Shown here: positions 1 through 12,770 of the stretch, piece by piece | How positions within the stretch are numbered: position 1 is the stretch's first letter | Layout of the letters: each line of letters opens with the position of its first letter | Assembly: GCA_018402365.1 (NCBI GenBank) | Contig: JAGYJD010000002.1 | Span: forward strand, 2,859 to 66,858 | Direction: 5' to 3' | DNA length: 64,000 nt | Origin: Candidatus Nanopelagicales bacterium | GTDB lineage: Bacteria > Actinomycetota > Actinomycetes > S36-B12 > UBA5976 | Position numbers and translations under genes: made by a program | Notes under the pieces: generated by a model | Databases searched by the model: none | Told to the model about the DNA's origin: nothing | What the model saw: the letters and a program-made list of their open reading frames with translations, nothing else

Positions 1-1378
<1,378 letters not shown>

Positions 1379-1382
<4 letters not shown>

Positions 1383-2137
1383 GCGTTACTCTTTCTTCGA
1401 GAAATAGTTTTACCAAGCCATACCAACGGATCGTACTTAGTATCAACTACACGCTCTTTCATCGGAATAATTGCGTTATCGGTGATTTTGATGTGTTCAG
1501 GGCAGACGTCGGTACAACACTTAGTGATGTTGCACATTCCCAAGCCATGTTCGTCTTGCGCTTCACGCTTGCGGTCCATCTCATCAAGCGGATGCATATC
1601 GAGCTCTGCTAAGCGGATGAAGAAACGAGGCCCAGCAAATGATTTTTTATTCTCTTCATGATCACGAATTACGTGACAGGTGTCTTGACATAAGAAGCAT
1701 TCAATACACTTTCTAAACTCTTGGCTTCGATTTACGTCAACTTGTTTCATTCGGTATTCACCAGGCTTTAAGTGAGCTGGACCTTGGAAGGAAGGAATTT
1801 CACGAGCCTTTTCGTAATTGAATGAGACATCTGCAACTAGGTCCTTAATAACCGGAAAGGCTCTTAAGGGAGTGACAGTGATGGTTTCTTCTTCACTAAA
1901 GGTGTTCATACGGGTCATACACATTAAGCGTGGCTTGCCATTGATTTCAGCGCTACAAGAGCCGCATTTTCCGGCCTTGCAGTTCCAACGCACTGCCAGA
2001 TCACCCGCGGCAGTGGCCTGAAGGCGATGAATTGCATCTAACACCACTTCACCTTCGTTAACCTCTACTTCGTAATTAGTCAGGACGCCGGCATCTTTAT
2101 CTCCGCGCCAGACTCTGAAATTGGCTTTGTATCCCAT
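1379..2137 (-). CDS. sdhB: succinate dehydrogenase/fumarate reductase iron-sulfur subunit
   Basis: Three Cys clusters are present: [32 protein letters not shown] and [12 protein letters not shown]. The start shares one nucleotide with the sdhA stop (TAATG). Confidence 0.9.
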
Positions 2138-4029
2138 TAGTTGCTCCCTTGCGAGATGGCGGTTAACTCTGGCTCAGTCAAATACTTTGACAACTCTTCT
2201 CTTTCGAAGAGATTCATCAATTCGGTGGGCATGGGCGGGAGACCTTGGCGTTCTATTTGAATCTTCTCGCCATCCCAAGCAGCAATTATATGAATCTGCC
2301 TCCAAGTTGAATCCATTTTTGGAAAATCATTTCGGGTATGTCCTCCCCGTGATTCTTCACGCTCTAGCGCACTGCGGGCAATTGATTCAGACACCAACAG
2401 CATGCTTTGCAGATCTAGCGCCAGATGCCAGCCTGGATTAAATTGACGGTTTCCTTCAACAGTTACCTGCTTGGCTCTCGCTTTTAGTAATTCTAATTTT
2501 GCTAGCGCTTCGCGCATTTCATCGCCATCTCGAATGATTCCAACCAAATCATTCATTACTTGTTGTAATTCTTGATGAACGGTGTAGGGGTTTTCACCAT
2601 TTTCGTTATTGAAAGCAACTGTGGCATTAGCAATTGCAGCTTCGATAGATTTTTCCGTGACCTTTGGTATTTCGGGTAAAGACAAGACATATTCAGCTGC
2701 ACCAAGACCCGCTCTGCGACCAAAAACTAAAAGGTCTGAAAGTGAGTTTCCACCGAGTCGATTGGAGCCGTGCATTCCGCCCGCTACTTCACCGGCGGCA
2801 TAAAGGCCCACTACGCCCACCGCAGCACCAGAATCGGCATCAACTTGGATTCCACCCATCACGTAGTGGCAGGTTGGTCCAACTTCCATTGGTTGTTTAG
2901 TTATGTCGACATCGGCTAATTCTTTAAATTGATGCCACATAGAAGGCAAACGATTCTTAATTACCTCTGGCTTAAGTCGGGTTGAAACATCTAAGAAAAC
3001 TCCACCATGTGGTGAACCGCGACCAGCTTTTACTTCAGCGTTGATGGCACGTGCCACTTCATCACGCGGTAGCAATTCTGGAGGACGACGGTTGTTTTCT
3101 GGATCCTCGTACCAACCATCAGCTTCTTCTTCACTTTCCGCGTATTTATCTTTAAAAACTGCCGGAATGTAATCAAACATAAAACGTTTTCCATCAGAAT
3201 TTTTCAGAACGCCGCCGTCACCACGTACAGATTCAGTGACCAAGATTCCTTTTACGCTGGGAGGCCAAACCATTCCAGTTGGATGAAATTGCACAAACTC
3301 CATATGCATTAATTTGCTACCGGCTTTTAGAGCTAAAGCGTGACCGTCGCCAGTACCCTCCCAAGAGTTGGAGGTGACTTTGAAGGATTTTCCGATTCCA
3401 CCAGTTGCTAACACCACCGCTGGGGATTCGAATAATACGAATCGTCCGCTTTCGCGGTAGTAACCCAATGCACCAGTGACTTGGTTATTTTCGGTAGTGA
3501 TTTCAGTAATGGTTAATTCTGCAAATACCTTTAAGCGATCTTCGTAATCACCAGTGGCTTCGTAGTCTTCTTGTTGTAAGCCAACAATCCGCTGTTGCAG
3601 AGTTCTAATAAGTTCCAAGCCAGTGCGATCACCGACGTGGGCGAGGCGCGGGTATTCGTGCCCACCAAAGTTTCTTTGGCTAATTTTGCCTTCTTTGGTG
3701 CGATCAAACAATGCACCCCAAGTTTCTAACTCCCAAACCCGATCTGGTGATTCTTTGGCATGTAACTCTGCCATCCGCCAGTGGTTTAAGAATTTTCCTC
3801 CGCGCAAAGTGTCGCGAAAGTGAACTTTCCAGTTATCGCTGTCATTTACATTTCCCATCGAGGCGGCGATTCCACCCTCTGCCATAACGGTGTGGGCTTT
3901 TCCAAATAATGATTTACAGATGATAGCTGTTTTTAATCCCTTAGCCCGCGCTTCTATAGCTGCGCGTAACCCAGCACCCCCCGCACCAATAATTAGTACG
4001 TCGTATTGATGGCGCTCAATCTCAGCCAT
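2137..4029 (-). CDS. sdhA: succinate dehydrogenase/fumarate reductase flavoprotein subunit
   Basis: 630 aa with an FAD fold (DVLIIGAGGAGLRAA), the covalent-FAD His context KAHTVMAEGG, and ESRGGHTRNDFP. Confidence 0.92.
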   Translation of the reverse strand: MAEIERHQYDVLIIGAGGAGLRAAIEARAKGLKTAIICKSLFGKAHTVMAEGGIAASMGNVNDSDNWKVHFRDTLRGGKFLNHWRMAELHAKESPDRVWELETWGALFDRTKEGKISQRNFGGHEYPRLAHVGDRTGLELIRTLQQRIVGLQQEDYEATGDYEDRLKVFAELTITEITTENNQVTGALGYYRESGRFVLFESPAVVLATGGIGKSFKVTSNSWEGTGDGHALALKAGSKLMHMEFVQFHPTGMVWPPSVKGILVTESVRGDGGVLKNSDGKRFMFDYIPAVFKDKYAESEEEADGWYEDPENNRRPPELLPRDEVARAINAEVKAGRGSPHGGVFLDVSTRLKPEVIKNRLPSMWHQFKELADVDITKQPMEVGPTCHYVMGGIQVDADSGAAVGVVGLYAAGEVAGGMHGSNRLGGNSLSDLLVFGRRAGLGAAEYVLSLPEIPKVTEKSIEAAIANATVAFNNENGENPYTVHQELQQVMNDLVGIIRDGDEMREALAKLELLKARAKQVTVEGNRQFNPGWHLALDLQSMLLVSESIARSALEREESRGGHTRNDFPKMDSTWRQIHIIAAWDGEKIQIERQGLPPMPTELMNLFEREELSKYLTEPELTAISQGSN

Positions 4030-4045
4030 TTATTTGATCCCTCTC

Positions 4046-4852
4046 CTAGAAGAAATAAAAATTAGTAATGGTGTCGGTGGCCACCAAGCGAATGTAAACA
4101 TCGGCTCCCCAAACTCCAAACAGGGAAATCCAAGCGTACTTAGGATGATGTTGATTTAACTTTGAAACAATGTTCCAAGCCTTATACCTAACTGGATTTT
4201 TACTGAAGTGCTTTAGTTTTCCACCCAAGATGTGACGACAAGAATGGCAAGAAAGCGTGTAAAGCCATAACCAAAACGCGTTGTTGATCAAAATGAGTGT
4301 TCCCACACTCATGTGACCCCATTCGCCAGTGTTGTCTCTAAAAGCAATCACGGCATCAAAAGTTAAAACCATATTGATTACTATCGCCGCGTAAAAGAAG
4401 TAGCGGTGAGAATTTTGCAAAATCAAAGGAGCGCGAGTTTCGCCAGAGTAAGACTTGTGAGGTTCGGCTACGGCGCAAGCAGGTGGCGATAACCAAAAAG
4501 CTCGGTAGTAAGTCTTGCGATAGTAGTAACAAGTCATTCTGAAACCCAATGGAAAAATTAAAATAATTAAAGCGGGGGATAAAACCCACCATGAACCGAA
4601 TGGTTGACCAAAGTCAGAAGCTCCGGGCAAGCAACTGGTAGCTAAGCAAGGGGAATAAAAAGGAGAGAGCAAGGGAGTTACGTAGTAGTACGCACCTTCG
4701 AATGCCCGCCACGTTGCATAGACGACGAAAGAAAGCAAAAAGAAGACGGTGACAGCTGGCTGGATCCACCACCTATCAGTTCTTAAAGTTCTAAAATTTA
4801 TCTTGGCTCTACCTGGGGCATTGGTGCCGCGCGAAAGGGAATCTAAACTCAT
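4046..4852 (-). CDS. putative Sdh membrane anchor (single large cytochrome b-like subunit)
   Basis: 268 aa and polytopic, with His residues. It lies immediately upstream of sdhA on the same strand. Its size and position match the mycobacterial Sdh1 anchor (Rv0249c). Confidence 0.6.
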   Translation of the reverse strand: MSLDSLSRGTNAPGRAKINFRTLRTDRWWIQPAVTVFFLLSFVVYATWRAFEGAYYYVTPLLSPFYSPCLATSCLPGASDFGQPFGSWWVLSPALIILIFPLGFRMTCYYYRKTYYRAFWLSPPACAVAEPHKSYSGETRAPLILQNSHRYFFYAAIVINMVLTFDAVIAFRDNTGEWGHMSVGTLILINNAFWLWLYTLSCHSCRHILGGKLKHFSKNPVRYKAWNIVSKLNQHHPKYAWISLFGVWGADVYIRLVATDTITNFYFF

Positions 4853-4928
4853 AGTGGGAGTTTATCTATACTTATGCAAGGAGTGCCAAACGAATACTTG
4901 CTTTATTATTTGTGAAGTTAGGCACAAC

Positions 4929-6698
4929 TCAATCTTCAATTTCAACCAGGTTGGCTCCACTAGCAACCACGTCTCCGGCTGAAACCATAATTCGCGATAC
5001 TGTGCCCGATTTGTGAGCCAAAATGGGTTGCTCCATTTTCATGGCTTCTAGCACCAGCACTACCTCACCGCTTTGAATACTTTGCCCCACCTTTACTGCA
5101 ATCTTGACTACCGTGCCCTGCATAGGGCTGGGGATGGAATTTGAATCGATAGCTTGCGCACTGAACTTATGTGGCTTACTACGTGGTGCCGGTTTTGCTT
5201 TGGGTTTGACGATTGAAAGCTCCTGCGGCAAATTGACTTCAAATCTTTTGTTATTTACTTCAACCACAACTGTGTTACGTTGCGAGGGATTTTGACTTGG
5301 GTCCAACTCTTCGTAGCTGAGTAGTTCATTTTTAAATTCAGTTTCAATCCAAGAGGTGTACACCTTAAATTTTTCAGAAGGGTCTGTTGGGGCAAATGCC
5401 TCATCTTCAATAACTGCCTTATGAAAAGGAATAACAGTGGCAATACCCTCAACTTTAAATTCTGCTAAGGCGCGCTTGGCTCGATTTAAGGCTTCAGTAC
5501 GAGTTGCCCCAGTGACAATTAGTTTTGCCAATAAAGAATCAAAGTTTTGACCGATTTGATCATTGACTCTAAAGCCAGTATCAACTCTTACCCCCGGACC
5601 TGCTGGAATTTCAAAAACGCGCAGATAACCAGGGGTCGGAAGAAAGTTTTTGCCAGGGTCTTCACCGTTGATTCGAAATTCAATACTGTGTCCCCGAATT
5701 TCTGGATCAGAAAAATTTAACTTTTCTCCTTGGGCAATTTTAATTTGCCATTTCACTAGGTCTACGCCAGTTACCTCTTCGCTAACTGGGTGCTCAACTT
5801 GTAAGCGAGTATTAACTTCTAAAAATGAAATCATGCCGTCTTGTGCCACTAAGAACTCACAAGTTGCCGCACCTTGATAGTCCGCCTTTTTTAAAATAGC
5901 TTTAGAAGATTTATAGAGTTGTTCAATTTGTTGCTCATTTAAAAAGGGAGCAGGGGCTTCTTCTACCAATTTTTGGTGACGCCGTTGTAAAGAGCAATCC
6001 CGGGTTGAAACTACAACTACATTTCCAAACTGATCTGCTAAACATTGCGTTTCAACATGGCGAGGTTTTTCTAAATATCTTTCAACAAAACACTGACCGT
6101 TGCCAAACGCCGCCTCAGCTTCGCGCACTGCTGATTCAAAACTTGAAACAATGTCTGCTTGAGTCTTGGCAACCTTCAATCCGCGGCCTCCGCCGCCGAA
6201 AGCAGCTTTGATGGCGATGGGTGTCCCAAACTCCTGCGCAAAAGCTAAAACTTCACTGGCGTCTTTCACGGGGTCGCGGGTTCCCGGGGCTAGTGGTGCA
6301 CCCACCTGTGCTGCGATGTGGCGAGCTTGCACTTTGTCACCTAGTGCACTTATTGCTTCAGGGGAGGGGCCAATCCAAATCAAATTTTCAGCTAAAACTT
6401 TTTTTGCGAATTCAGCATTTTCTGAAAGGAATCCATAGCCAGGGTGAATTGCATCGGCTTGAGTTTGCTTTGCCGCATTGATAATTTTTGCCATATCCAA
6501 ATAGGAATCTTTAGCGGTGATCCCGCCCAGCGCGAAAGCTTGATCAGCCATCTCTACGTGCAACAAGTCTCGATCAGTTTCAGAATAAATTGCCACTGCT
6601 TCAATGCCAAGATCATGACAAGCGCGAATCACTCGCACCGCAATTTCACCGCGGTTGGCGATCAAAACCCGTTTAATTTTCATTCCACCCGAGATCAT
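4929..6698 (-). CDS. accA3: acetyl/propionyl-CoA carboxylase alpha subunit (biotin carboxylase + BCCP)
   Basis: [19 protein letters not shown]-grasp biotin carboxylase domain with a C-terminal biotinyl motif EAMKME. The start may be the internal ATG at 6683. Confidence 0.9.
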   Translation of the reverse strand: MISGGMKIKRVLIANRGEIAVRVIRACHDLGIEAVAIYSETDRDLLHVEMADQAFALGGITAKDSYLDMAKIINAAKQTQADAIHPGYGFLSENAEFAKKVLAENLIWIGPSPEAISALGDKVQARHIAAQVGAPLAPGTRDPVKDASEVLAFAQEFGTPIAIKAAFGGGGRGLKVAKTQADIVSSFESAVREAEAAFGNGQCFVERYLEKPRHVETQCLADQFGNVVVVSTRDCSLQRRHQKLVEEAPAPFLNEQQIEQLYKSSKAILKKADYQGAATCEFLVAQDGMISFLEVNTRLQVEHPVSEEVTGVDLVKWQIKIAQGEKLNFSDPEIRGHSIEFRINGEDPGKNFLPTPGYLRVFEIPAGPGVRVDTGFRVNDQIGQNFDSLLAKLIVTGATRTEALNRAKRALAEFKVEGIATVIPFHKAVIEDEAFAPTDPSEKFKVYTSWIETEFKNELLSYEELDPSQNPSQRNTVVVEVNNKRFEVNLPQELSIVKPKAKPAPRSKPHKFSAQAIDSNSIPSPMQGTVVKIAVKVGQSIQSGEVVLVLEAMKMEQPILAHKSGTVSRIMVSAGDVVASGANLVEIED

Positions 6699-6738
6699 AG
6701 AGCCAAAGGCTTAAGGTCCTGCCGCAGTCAAGCTTAGA

Positions 6739-7710
6739 TTAAAGCAGGCTAGGAATCTTTTGCTCTTCTGCGAGATTAGCGCGACGGAACCAGAAAGTAA
6801 CACCGGTTGAAACCAGCACGATAAACAACGAGTAGAGCGCGGGGATAATTAAGACCAAACCAATAGTTGGGTCACCACTGAAATTCAAAAGCACAATTGC
6901 AATCGCTAGCGGACCATTTTGGATCCCGGTTTCTAATGAGATAGTGCGGGCATTCATGGGGTGAAGTCGTAGTCCTCGGGTGAGTAGGTAGGCGATGGTG
7001 ATGCCAAGAAATCCCAGACCAATCGCCACAACGTAGGTCTGCCAAGGGGTGGAGGCAAGTAGATTCCAGTTTCTTGGCACCCAAGTCGATAATAAGAACA
7101 CAATAAAGAAAAGTCCAAAAAATCCACCAAGCAATTCCAAGACCGCACCGATATTGGCACTTAAGCGCCTTAGCAGCATTCCCAAAATTACCGGAATTAG
7201 CAAAATTACAAGTGTGACGATGATGTTGCGGGGAGGAATTTGTGAAGCCGCGCTACCGTCGGGTGAAATTAATCCTAGGTAAAAATAAAGAACCAAAGGC
7301 GTCATCAAAATCGCCCATAGCGTTGAATTGGTGGTCATGATTACGCTCAATGCCAAATTGCCCTTAGAGAAATAAGTAAAAATATTTGAGGTAGTTCCAG
7401 CTGGAACGCTTCCCATGATCAAAGCACCTATCGCAACCGGAAGCGCATACTCTCTTGGTAGCTGAAATAAAAATGTTACGACTAACAGGTATGCCAAAAG
7501 TGGCATGATGGCAAATTGCGTAACCCAGCCGATTACCAATCCCCAAGGTCGACGCAAGGCCAGACGAAAATCTCTTGGTGTGAGCCCAGCTCCTAAGCCA
7601 AACATAATTACAAAGACCATTACCACCAAAAGCACTTCTTCAAAAGGAGTAACAACATCCTGCTCTGAAACTTGTGCCTGCGCCTGAACCATCAAAGAAG
7701 TGAAAGTCAT
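6739..7710 (-). CDS. bile acid:sodium symporter (BASS) family transporter
   Basis: 323 aa with about 9-10 TM helices. The pattern GSVPAGTTSNIFTYF...ETGIQNG is typical of SBF/BASS proteins. Confidence 0.7.
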   Translation of the reverse strand: MTFTSLMVQAQAQVSEQDVVTPFEEVLLVVMVFVIMFGLGAGLTPRDFRLALRRPWGLVIGWVTQFAIMPLLAYLLVVTFLFQLPREYALPVAIGALIMGSVPAGTTSNIFTYFSKGNLALSVIMTTNSTLWAILMTPLVLYFYLGLISPDGSAASQIPPRNIIVTLVILLIPVILGMLLRRLSANIGAVLELLGGFFGLFFIVFLLSTWVPRNWNLLASTPWQTYVVAIGLGFLGITIAYLLTRGLRLHPMNARTISLETGIQNGPLAIAIVLLNFSGDPTIGLVLIIPALYSLFIVLVSTGVTFWFRRANLAEEQKIPSLL

Positions 7711-9419
7711 TTGGAGTCCTTTTCTAGTGCCATTTTGCGCAATTCGCGTCTAAGAATTTTTCCGATCGGGCTTTTCGGAAGTTCGTCAACAAAGATAAGT
7801 GATTTTGGAACTTTGTAACGGGCTAGGTGTTTTCGGCAGTGTTCAAGGATTTGCTCTTGAGAAGGAGCTGGTGTATCGGTCACAAGATAAGCGCAAACTT
7901 TTTCGCCAGCGACTTCATCAGGTAACCCGATTACCCCGACCTCTTTAACGCCGCTCACGGCTGCAATTTGCTCTTCGACTTCGTTTGGATAAACGTTAAA
8001 GCCACTTACTAAGATCACATCTTTTTTACGATCCACAATCGTGAAAAAACCGGCTTCGTCCATTTGGGCAATATCGCCAGTGTGAAGCCAGCCGTCTTTG
8101 AGGGTATGAGCGGTTTCTTCAGGGTTGTTCCAGTACCCAAGCATGACTTGCGGTCCCTTCGCTACCAATTCGCCAGCTTCCCCAACCCCTAACCAATTAC
8201 CTTGCTCGTCAATTATGCCTATCTCAGTTGAAGGAACTGGTATTCCGATTGAACCAGGTCGACCGGTTCCGTCAAGTGGATTAAAGGACAGCACTGGAGA
8301 AGATTCAGTTAAACCAAATCCTTCAACGATCGGAGTTTTTGTCACTTCTTCCCAGTGAGTGGCGACGGGCTGGTGCAATGCCATTCCACCAGCGGCCGAA
8401 GCACGTAAGTGTGCTGGAGGTCCATCTAGAAACCAACGTTCTTTTAAGAGCGCATTGAAAAGGGTATTAACGCCCGTTACCCAAGTTATTTTGTAATTTT
8501 CGAACGCCCGTTTTAAATTGTTGGGGGGTCGGGGAGTTGGAATTACGATGTTGCGTGCTCCCACGTGAAAAAATGCCAATAAATTTATAGTGAAGGCAAA
8601 TATGTGATAAAGCGGCAGCGCAGTTAAGACAGTTTCTTTACCTGGACGAATAAACGTCCCAACCATTTGCAGCATTTGTAAAGTATTTGCTACCAAGTTT
8701 TTGTGACTTAGCATCGCACCTTTTGAAACCCCAGTAGTTCCACCGGTGTATTGCAGGGCAGCGATTGTGTCCCCGTTGACTTCTGTCAGGTATTTTTCAA
8801 CTTCAGACCGGTTAGCACTAGTGCTACCAAGAGCTACTGCCTTTGCAAAAGAGGTATGTTCAACAGTAATTTTTGGAAGCGAGCGATTCCAAAATTTTTG
8901 AACCAATCGAATTACTCCCGCTACCACGGCTGGAAAGTATTCATTTATTTTTACAGTAATGACTGTCTCAATATCGGTCTTTGGTAAAACTTCTTCAAGG
9001 CGATCGGCAAACATGTCGATTATTACCAAAGCTTTGGCTCCGGAATTAGAAAATTGGTGAGTCATCTCAGTAGCGGTATAAAGCGGATTTGTATTTACTA
9101 AAATGCAGCCTGCTTTAAAAACTCCAAAAGCGACTATTGGATAACTTAAACAGTTCGGCAGCTGAACCGCTACCCGGTCACCAACTTTTAACCCGGCCAC
9201 CTCACGCAAGTAAGCCGCAAAGTCATCTGACTTTTGGTCTATCTGGCGGTAAGAGAGCGATCCGTTCATGCCATTAGGCATACATTGGGTGAAGGCAGTG
9301 GTGTCTGCATATTTTTCGCTGGCGGCACGAATCAAAGCAGGTAAATGCGGCACTGGTAATTCTTGAAGTACTGGGTTTACTTCACTCGGGTAACTAGCCA
9401 GCCAAGCCTGCTGTGTCAT
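7707..9419 (-). CDS. fadD: long-chain fatty-acid--CoA ligase
   Basis: AMP-binding motifs YTGGTTGVSKGAMLSH, GFGLTE and TGDIA...DRKKD are present. The likely start is MTQQAWLASYP; the ORF track extends 20 codons upstream to 9479. Confidence 0.8.
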   Translation of the reverse strand: MTQQAWLASYPSEVNPVLQELPVPHLPALIRAASEKYADTTAFTQCMPNGMNGSLSYRQIDQKSDDFAAYLREVAGLKVGDRVAVQLPNCLSYPIVAFGVFKAGCILVNTNPLYTATEMTHQFSNSGAKALVIIDMFADRLEEVLPKTDIETVITVKINEYFPAVVAGVIRLVQKFWNRSLPKITVEHTSFAKAVALGSTSANRSEVEKYLTEVNGDTIAALQYTGGTTGVSKGAMLSHKNLVANTLQMLQMVGTFIRPGKETVLTALPLYHIFAFTINLLAFFHVGARNIVIPTPRPPNNLKRAFENYKITWVTGVNTLFNALLKERWFLDGPPAHLRASAAGGMALHQPVATHWEEVTKTPIVEGFGLTESSPVLSFNPLDGTGRPGSIGIPVPSTEIGIIDEQGNWLGVGEAGELVAKGPQVMLGYWNNPEETAHTLKDGWLHTGDIAQMDEAGFFTIVDRKKDVILVSGFNVYPNEVEEQIAAVSGVKEVGVIGLPDEVAGEKVCAYLVTDTPAPSQEQILEHCRKHLARYKVPKSLIFVDELPKSPIGKILRRELRKMALEKDSK

Positions 9420-9505
9420 ATCCACTCTTCCGCCGAAGGATTCACCGCCACCAAGAGAGTTAGGCGGAGTTTTGAGCAATCATAACCACGTTCGGAGTGA
9501 ATTAT

Positions 9506-10138
9506 CTAGGCATAAGTGATATTTGCCCAAGCTTTGGTCCAATCAAGACCCACCGAGTTAGTAAGCATTTTTACGGTATTTATGGACAAACCGATCACAT
9601 TATTTGAATCACCGATAACAGATTTCACAAAGGCAGCACCAAAACCATTCAAAGTAAAAGACCCAGCAACTGCTAACGGCTCACCGGTAGCTAGGTAGCT
9701 GGCTAGCTCTTGTTCAGAAATTTTATCCATCAAGACTTCGGTGGAAATTACTTTAGTGGCAACGGACAAGGTGGCTAAATTCATCACGCAGTGGCCCGTG
9801 TGCAAAATCCCGGATTTTCCGCTCATGGCTGAAATCCGAATTTTGGCCTCGCTTAAATCTTTTGGCTTTCCCACAAGTTCATTCTCAAACTCCCACATTG
9901 AATCTGCAGCTATCAGCACTCCTGTTTTCGGGAGTTGAGGTTGCCTCAGCACTGCCTCGGCCTTAGCGCGAGCTAAATTTTCAACTATAACTTGTGGGGG
10001 TTGAGATTTCAAAGTTTCAAATAATCTTTCTTCATCGATATTTGAAGAAATAACGATCGGATTTATTCCAGCTTGCATTAATAAATTTTTTCTAGCTGGC
10101 GAGGCCGACGCTAACACCACCGGCAAGATCTCTGTCAT
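9506..10138 (-). CDS. maf: Maf-like nucleoside triphosphate pyrophosphatase
   Basis: VVLASASPARKNLL motif. ATG at 10138 overlaps the accE stop as ATGA. The position after accD5-accE matches the mycobacterial order. Confidence 0.85.
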   Translation of the reverse strand: MTEILPVVLASASPARKNLLMQAGINPIVISSNIDEERLFETLKSQPPQVIVENLARAKAEAVLRQPQLPKTGVLIAADSMWEFENELVGKPKDLSEAKIRISAMSGKSGILHTGHCVMNLATLSVATKVISTEVLMDKISEQELASYLATGEPLAVAGSFTLNGFGAAFVKSVIGDSNNVIGLSINTVKMLTNSVGLDWTKAWANITYA

Positions 10139-10344
10139 AGCGAATTTAATTGCCATCCTTGAGGCTGAACTACTGGTGCTGCGCGAAAAATATTTTGTGG
10201 TTTTGCCCAGTTGCTACCGGTGCTCACTAGTTCTTGATGAGCAAAAGTACGATTTACTATTTCAGCTAAGGCGTGAGAGATAGCCAGTGATTCCTCAATG
10301 GTGGGTTCACTCTTGCTACAGGTGAAGTCAATTTCTTTTTTCAA
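10135..10344 (-). CDS. accE: acyl-CoA carboxylase epsilon subunit
   Basis: 69 aa. The TTG start overlaps the accD5 stop (TTGA). It has a PT.EE..A....L core and Trp-containing tail, and sits between accD5 and maf. Confidence 0.6.
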   Translation of the reverse strand: MKKEIDFTCSKSEPTIEESLAISHALAEIVNRTFAHQELVSTGSNWAKPQNIFRAAPVVQPQGWQLNSL

Positions 10345-11921
10345 AGTGGAATATTTCCGTGTTTTTTAGGTGGTAAAGATTCCCGCTTAGTCCTAAGCAT
10401 TCGCAAGGATTTTACAATCTGGGCCCGTGTTTCACTTGGTGTGATAACCGCATCAATCCAACCTCGCTCCGCTGCGACATAAGGATTGTCAAAAGCATCT
10501 TCGTATTCAACAATTTTTTCTTCACGCACTGCTTTAGGATCGGGCGCGGCTTTGAGGTCTTTTCGGTAAAGAATGTTTACCGCACCTTGCGCACCCATTA
10601 CCGCGACTTGCGCGGTAGGCCAAGCCAGATTTACATCTGCACCTAAATGCTTCGAACCCATCACGATATAGGCCCCGCCATAAGCTTTACGGGTAATCAC
10701 GGTAATTAGCGGAACAGTCGCTTCTGCGTAAGCGTAAATTAATTTTGCACCACGTCTTATGATTCCGCCGTATTCTTGGCTTACTCCGGGTAAAAATCCT
10801 GGAACATCCACAAACGTCAAGATCGGTATATTGAAAGCATCACAGGTTCTAACAAAGCGAGCAGCTTTTTCAGAGGCCTCTATGTCTAATGTGCCAGCTA
10901 GTTGCATTGGTTGATTGGCAACTACCCCAACGGAATGACCTTCAACTCTTCCAAAGCCAATCATTATGTTGGGTGCCCAATTAGCGTGAACTTCAAAAAA
11001 CTCATCATCATCCAAAATATGTTCTACCAGGGTATGCATGTCATAAGGCTGACTTGGTGAATCTGGAACCAGCGAATCCATTTCTAAATCATGTTGAGTA
11101 ATTTCAAGTGCCGCTTCTGACGGAAAAGCAGGTGCAGGTTCTGCATTATTTGAAGGCAAGTAACTTAAAAGCAATCGAACATATTCAAAAGCATCATCTT
11201 CATCTTGCGCCATGTAAGAAGCAACTCCAGATTTAGTTGAATGGATGCTGGCGCCCCCTAGCTCGTCAAAAGTTACATCCTCACCGGTAATTGCTTTTAT
11301 CACGTCAGGACCGGTGATAAACATATGCGCGGTTTTGTCAGCCATCACCACAAAGTCAGTTAAAGCGGGTGAGTAAACCGCACCTCCGGCACAAGGTCCC
11401 ACGATTACTGAAATTTGTGGAATCAATCCAGAAGCGTGAGTGTTTCGTCTAAAAATTTCGCCATACATTGCTAGTGAGGCAACGCCTTCCTGGATTCGCG
11501 CTCCGCCAGAATCGTTGATACCAATAATCGGAACACCTGTTTTCATAGCAAGGTCCATGATTTTGACAATTTTTTGCCCCATCGCTTCACCCAGGCTGCC
11601 GCCCATGACTGTGAAATCTTGTGAGAAAACACAAATCGGCCTACCGTCGACTGTTCCAAAACCAGTAATGACACCATCGGATGCAATGCGAGTTTTATCC
11701 ATACCAAAATTAGTTTTTTGGTGTTTGACTAAATTATCGATTTCGTTAAAAGAGTCAGGGTCTAATAATTTATTTATGCGTTCGCGAGCTGAAAGCTTGC
11801 CTTTAGCGTGCTGTTTTTCTTGAGCGACGGCTTCGCCTGAACCTGCAGACTCTTCCCGAAGGGCTAGCAGTTGCGCCAGCTTTGCCTTAGTCGAGTTTTG
11901 TGGCGGGTTGGGCTTACTCAC
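10341..11921 (-). CDS. accD5: propionyl/acyl-CoA carboxylase carboxyltransferase beta subunit
   Basis: 526 aa with carboxyl-transferase N and C domains (GGSLGE..., [18 protein letters not shown]). GTG start. Confidence 0.9.
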   Translation of the reverse strand: MSKPNPPQNSTKAKLAQLLALREESAGSGEAVAQEKQHAKGKLSARERINKLLDPDSFNEIDNLVKHQKTNFGMDKTRIASDGVITGFGTVDGRPICVFSQDFTVMGGSLGEAMGQKIVKIMDLAMKTGVPIIGINDSGGARIQEGVASLAMYGEIFRRNTHASGLIPQISVIVGPCAGGAVYSPALTDFVVMADKTAHMFITGPDVIKAITGEDVTFDELGGASIHSTKSGVASYMAQDEDDAFEYVRLLLSYLPSNNAEPAPAFPSEAALEITQHDLEMDSLVPDSPSQPYDMHTLVEHILDDDEFFEVHANWAPNIMIGFGRVEGHSVGVVANQPMQLAGTLDIEASEKAARFVRTCDAFNIPILTFVDVPGFLPGVSQEYGGIIRRGAKLIYAYAEATVPLITVITRKAYGGAYIVMGSKHLGADVNLAWPTAQVAVMGAQGAVNILYRKDLKAAPDPKAVREEKIVEYEDAFDNPYVAAERGWIDAVITPSETRAQIVKSLRMLRTKRESLPPKKHGNIPL

Positions 11922-11968
11922 GGCACACCTTTCTAATACTTTCTCTACTTTGTCGTACGGTAACAGTT

Positions 11969-12769
11969 ATGAACCAGGCAGCGTGGGAAAGATCGCCCTT
12001 AAGCCAAAAACTAATCGTAGATTTAGCAAAAAAAGGCTCGGCTGGGCTGGGTGAAATCATTTATTTGTCTGAAACTTCATCAACAAACCAACGGGCAAAA
12101 GAATTAATCGATGAGGGTAAAACCAGCTTTGCAGTGATTACAGATTTTCAAAATGCCGGTAAAGGTCGACTTGATCGAATCTGGCAGGCGCCGAAAGAGA
12201 GTTCAATTTTAATCTCGATGGTAGAGAAATTAAATGGTGTTAGCAACCCTGGCTGGCTTAACTTATGGGCTGCCACCATCGTACGAAGAGTACTGCTTGA
12301 AAACTTTTTATTTGAAATTAAATTGAAGTGGCCAAATGATTTGGTGGTACCAAATGGTAATTCCTTTCTAAAATTTGGTGGAATTCTTTCACAAATCCAC
12401 AAGGACCAGGTTATTTTTGGAATTGGCATTAATTATTCTCAAGATCAAAATGAATTACCAATTGTCACTGCTACGAGCTTAAAATTATTGACTGTGCAAT
12501 ATCGCCCGCGTGAAGAGGTACTCGCTGATTTAATTTCCACCATGCACTTAAATTGGCAAAGTGAGGCTGCAAGTAGTGAATTTCCGACAGCCGCAACTGT
12601 TCGCGAATATCAAGCTGCCAGCCACACAATGGCAAAAGAAGTTTCAGTATCACTGCCAAATGGCAAAGTGATCACAGGAATTGCTGAAGGCTTAGCCGCC
12701 AATGGTGCGCTCTTGGTAAAAACACAGTCCGGCGAAATTCATACAATAACTGCAGGGGACGTGAATTAA
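11969..12769 (+). CDS. birA: biotin--[acetyl-CoA-carboxylase] ligase (group I, no HTH domain)
   Basis: GKGRLDRIW biotin-binding loop and KWPNDL. ATG at 11969; the upstream 23 codons in the ORF track overlap accD5. Confidence 0.85.
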   Translation: MNQAAWERSPLSQKLIVDLAKKGSAGLGEIIYLSETSSTNQRAKELIDEGKTSFAVITDFQNAGKGRLDRIWQAPKESSILISMVEKLNGVSNPGWLNLWAATIVRRVLLENFLFEIKLKWPNDLVVPNGNSFLKFGGILSQIHKDQVIFGIGINYSQDQNELPIVTATSLKLLTVQYRPREEVLADLISTMHLNWQSEAASSEFPTAATVREYQAASHTMAKEVSVSLPNGKVITGIAEGLAANGALLVKTQSGEIHTITAGDVN

Positions 12770-12770
12770 T

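Noticed and set aside
2121-2441. Many 60-145 aa ORFs lie antisense to, or out of frame with, large conserved genes. Examples are 2121-2441, 3623-3823, 6166-6481, 11440-11823, 17179-17655, 26672-27046, 29165-29554, 31099-31461 and 50867-51301.
   Set aside because: Each lies entirely inside a gene with strong family motifs on the other strand or frame. Their translations are low-complexity or Ser/Pro/Arg-rich shadow ORFs with no recognisable motif or SD.
4876-4911. A hairpin GCAAG...CTTGC followed by TTTATTATTT in the accA3-sdhC spacer looked like a possible terminator.
   Set aside because: The T-tract is on the + strand, while both flanking genes are on the - strand. The stem is only 5 bp with a 16-nt loop.
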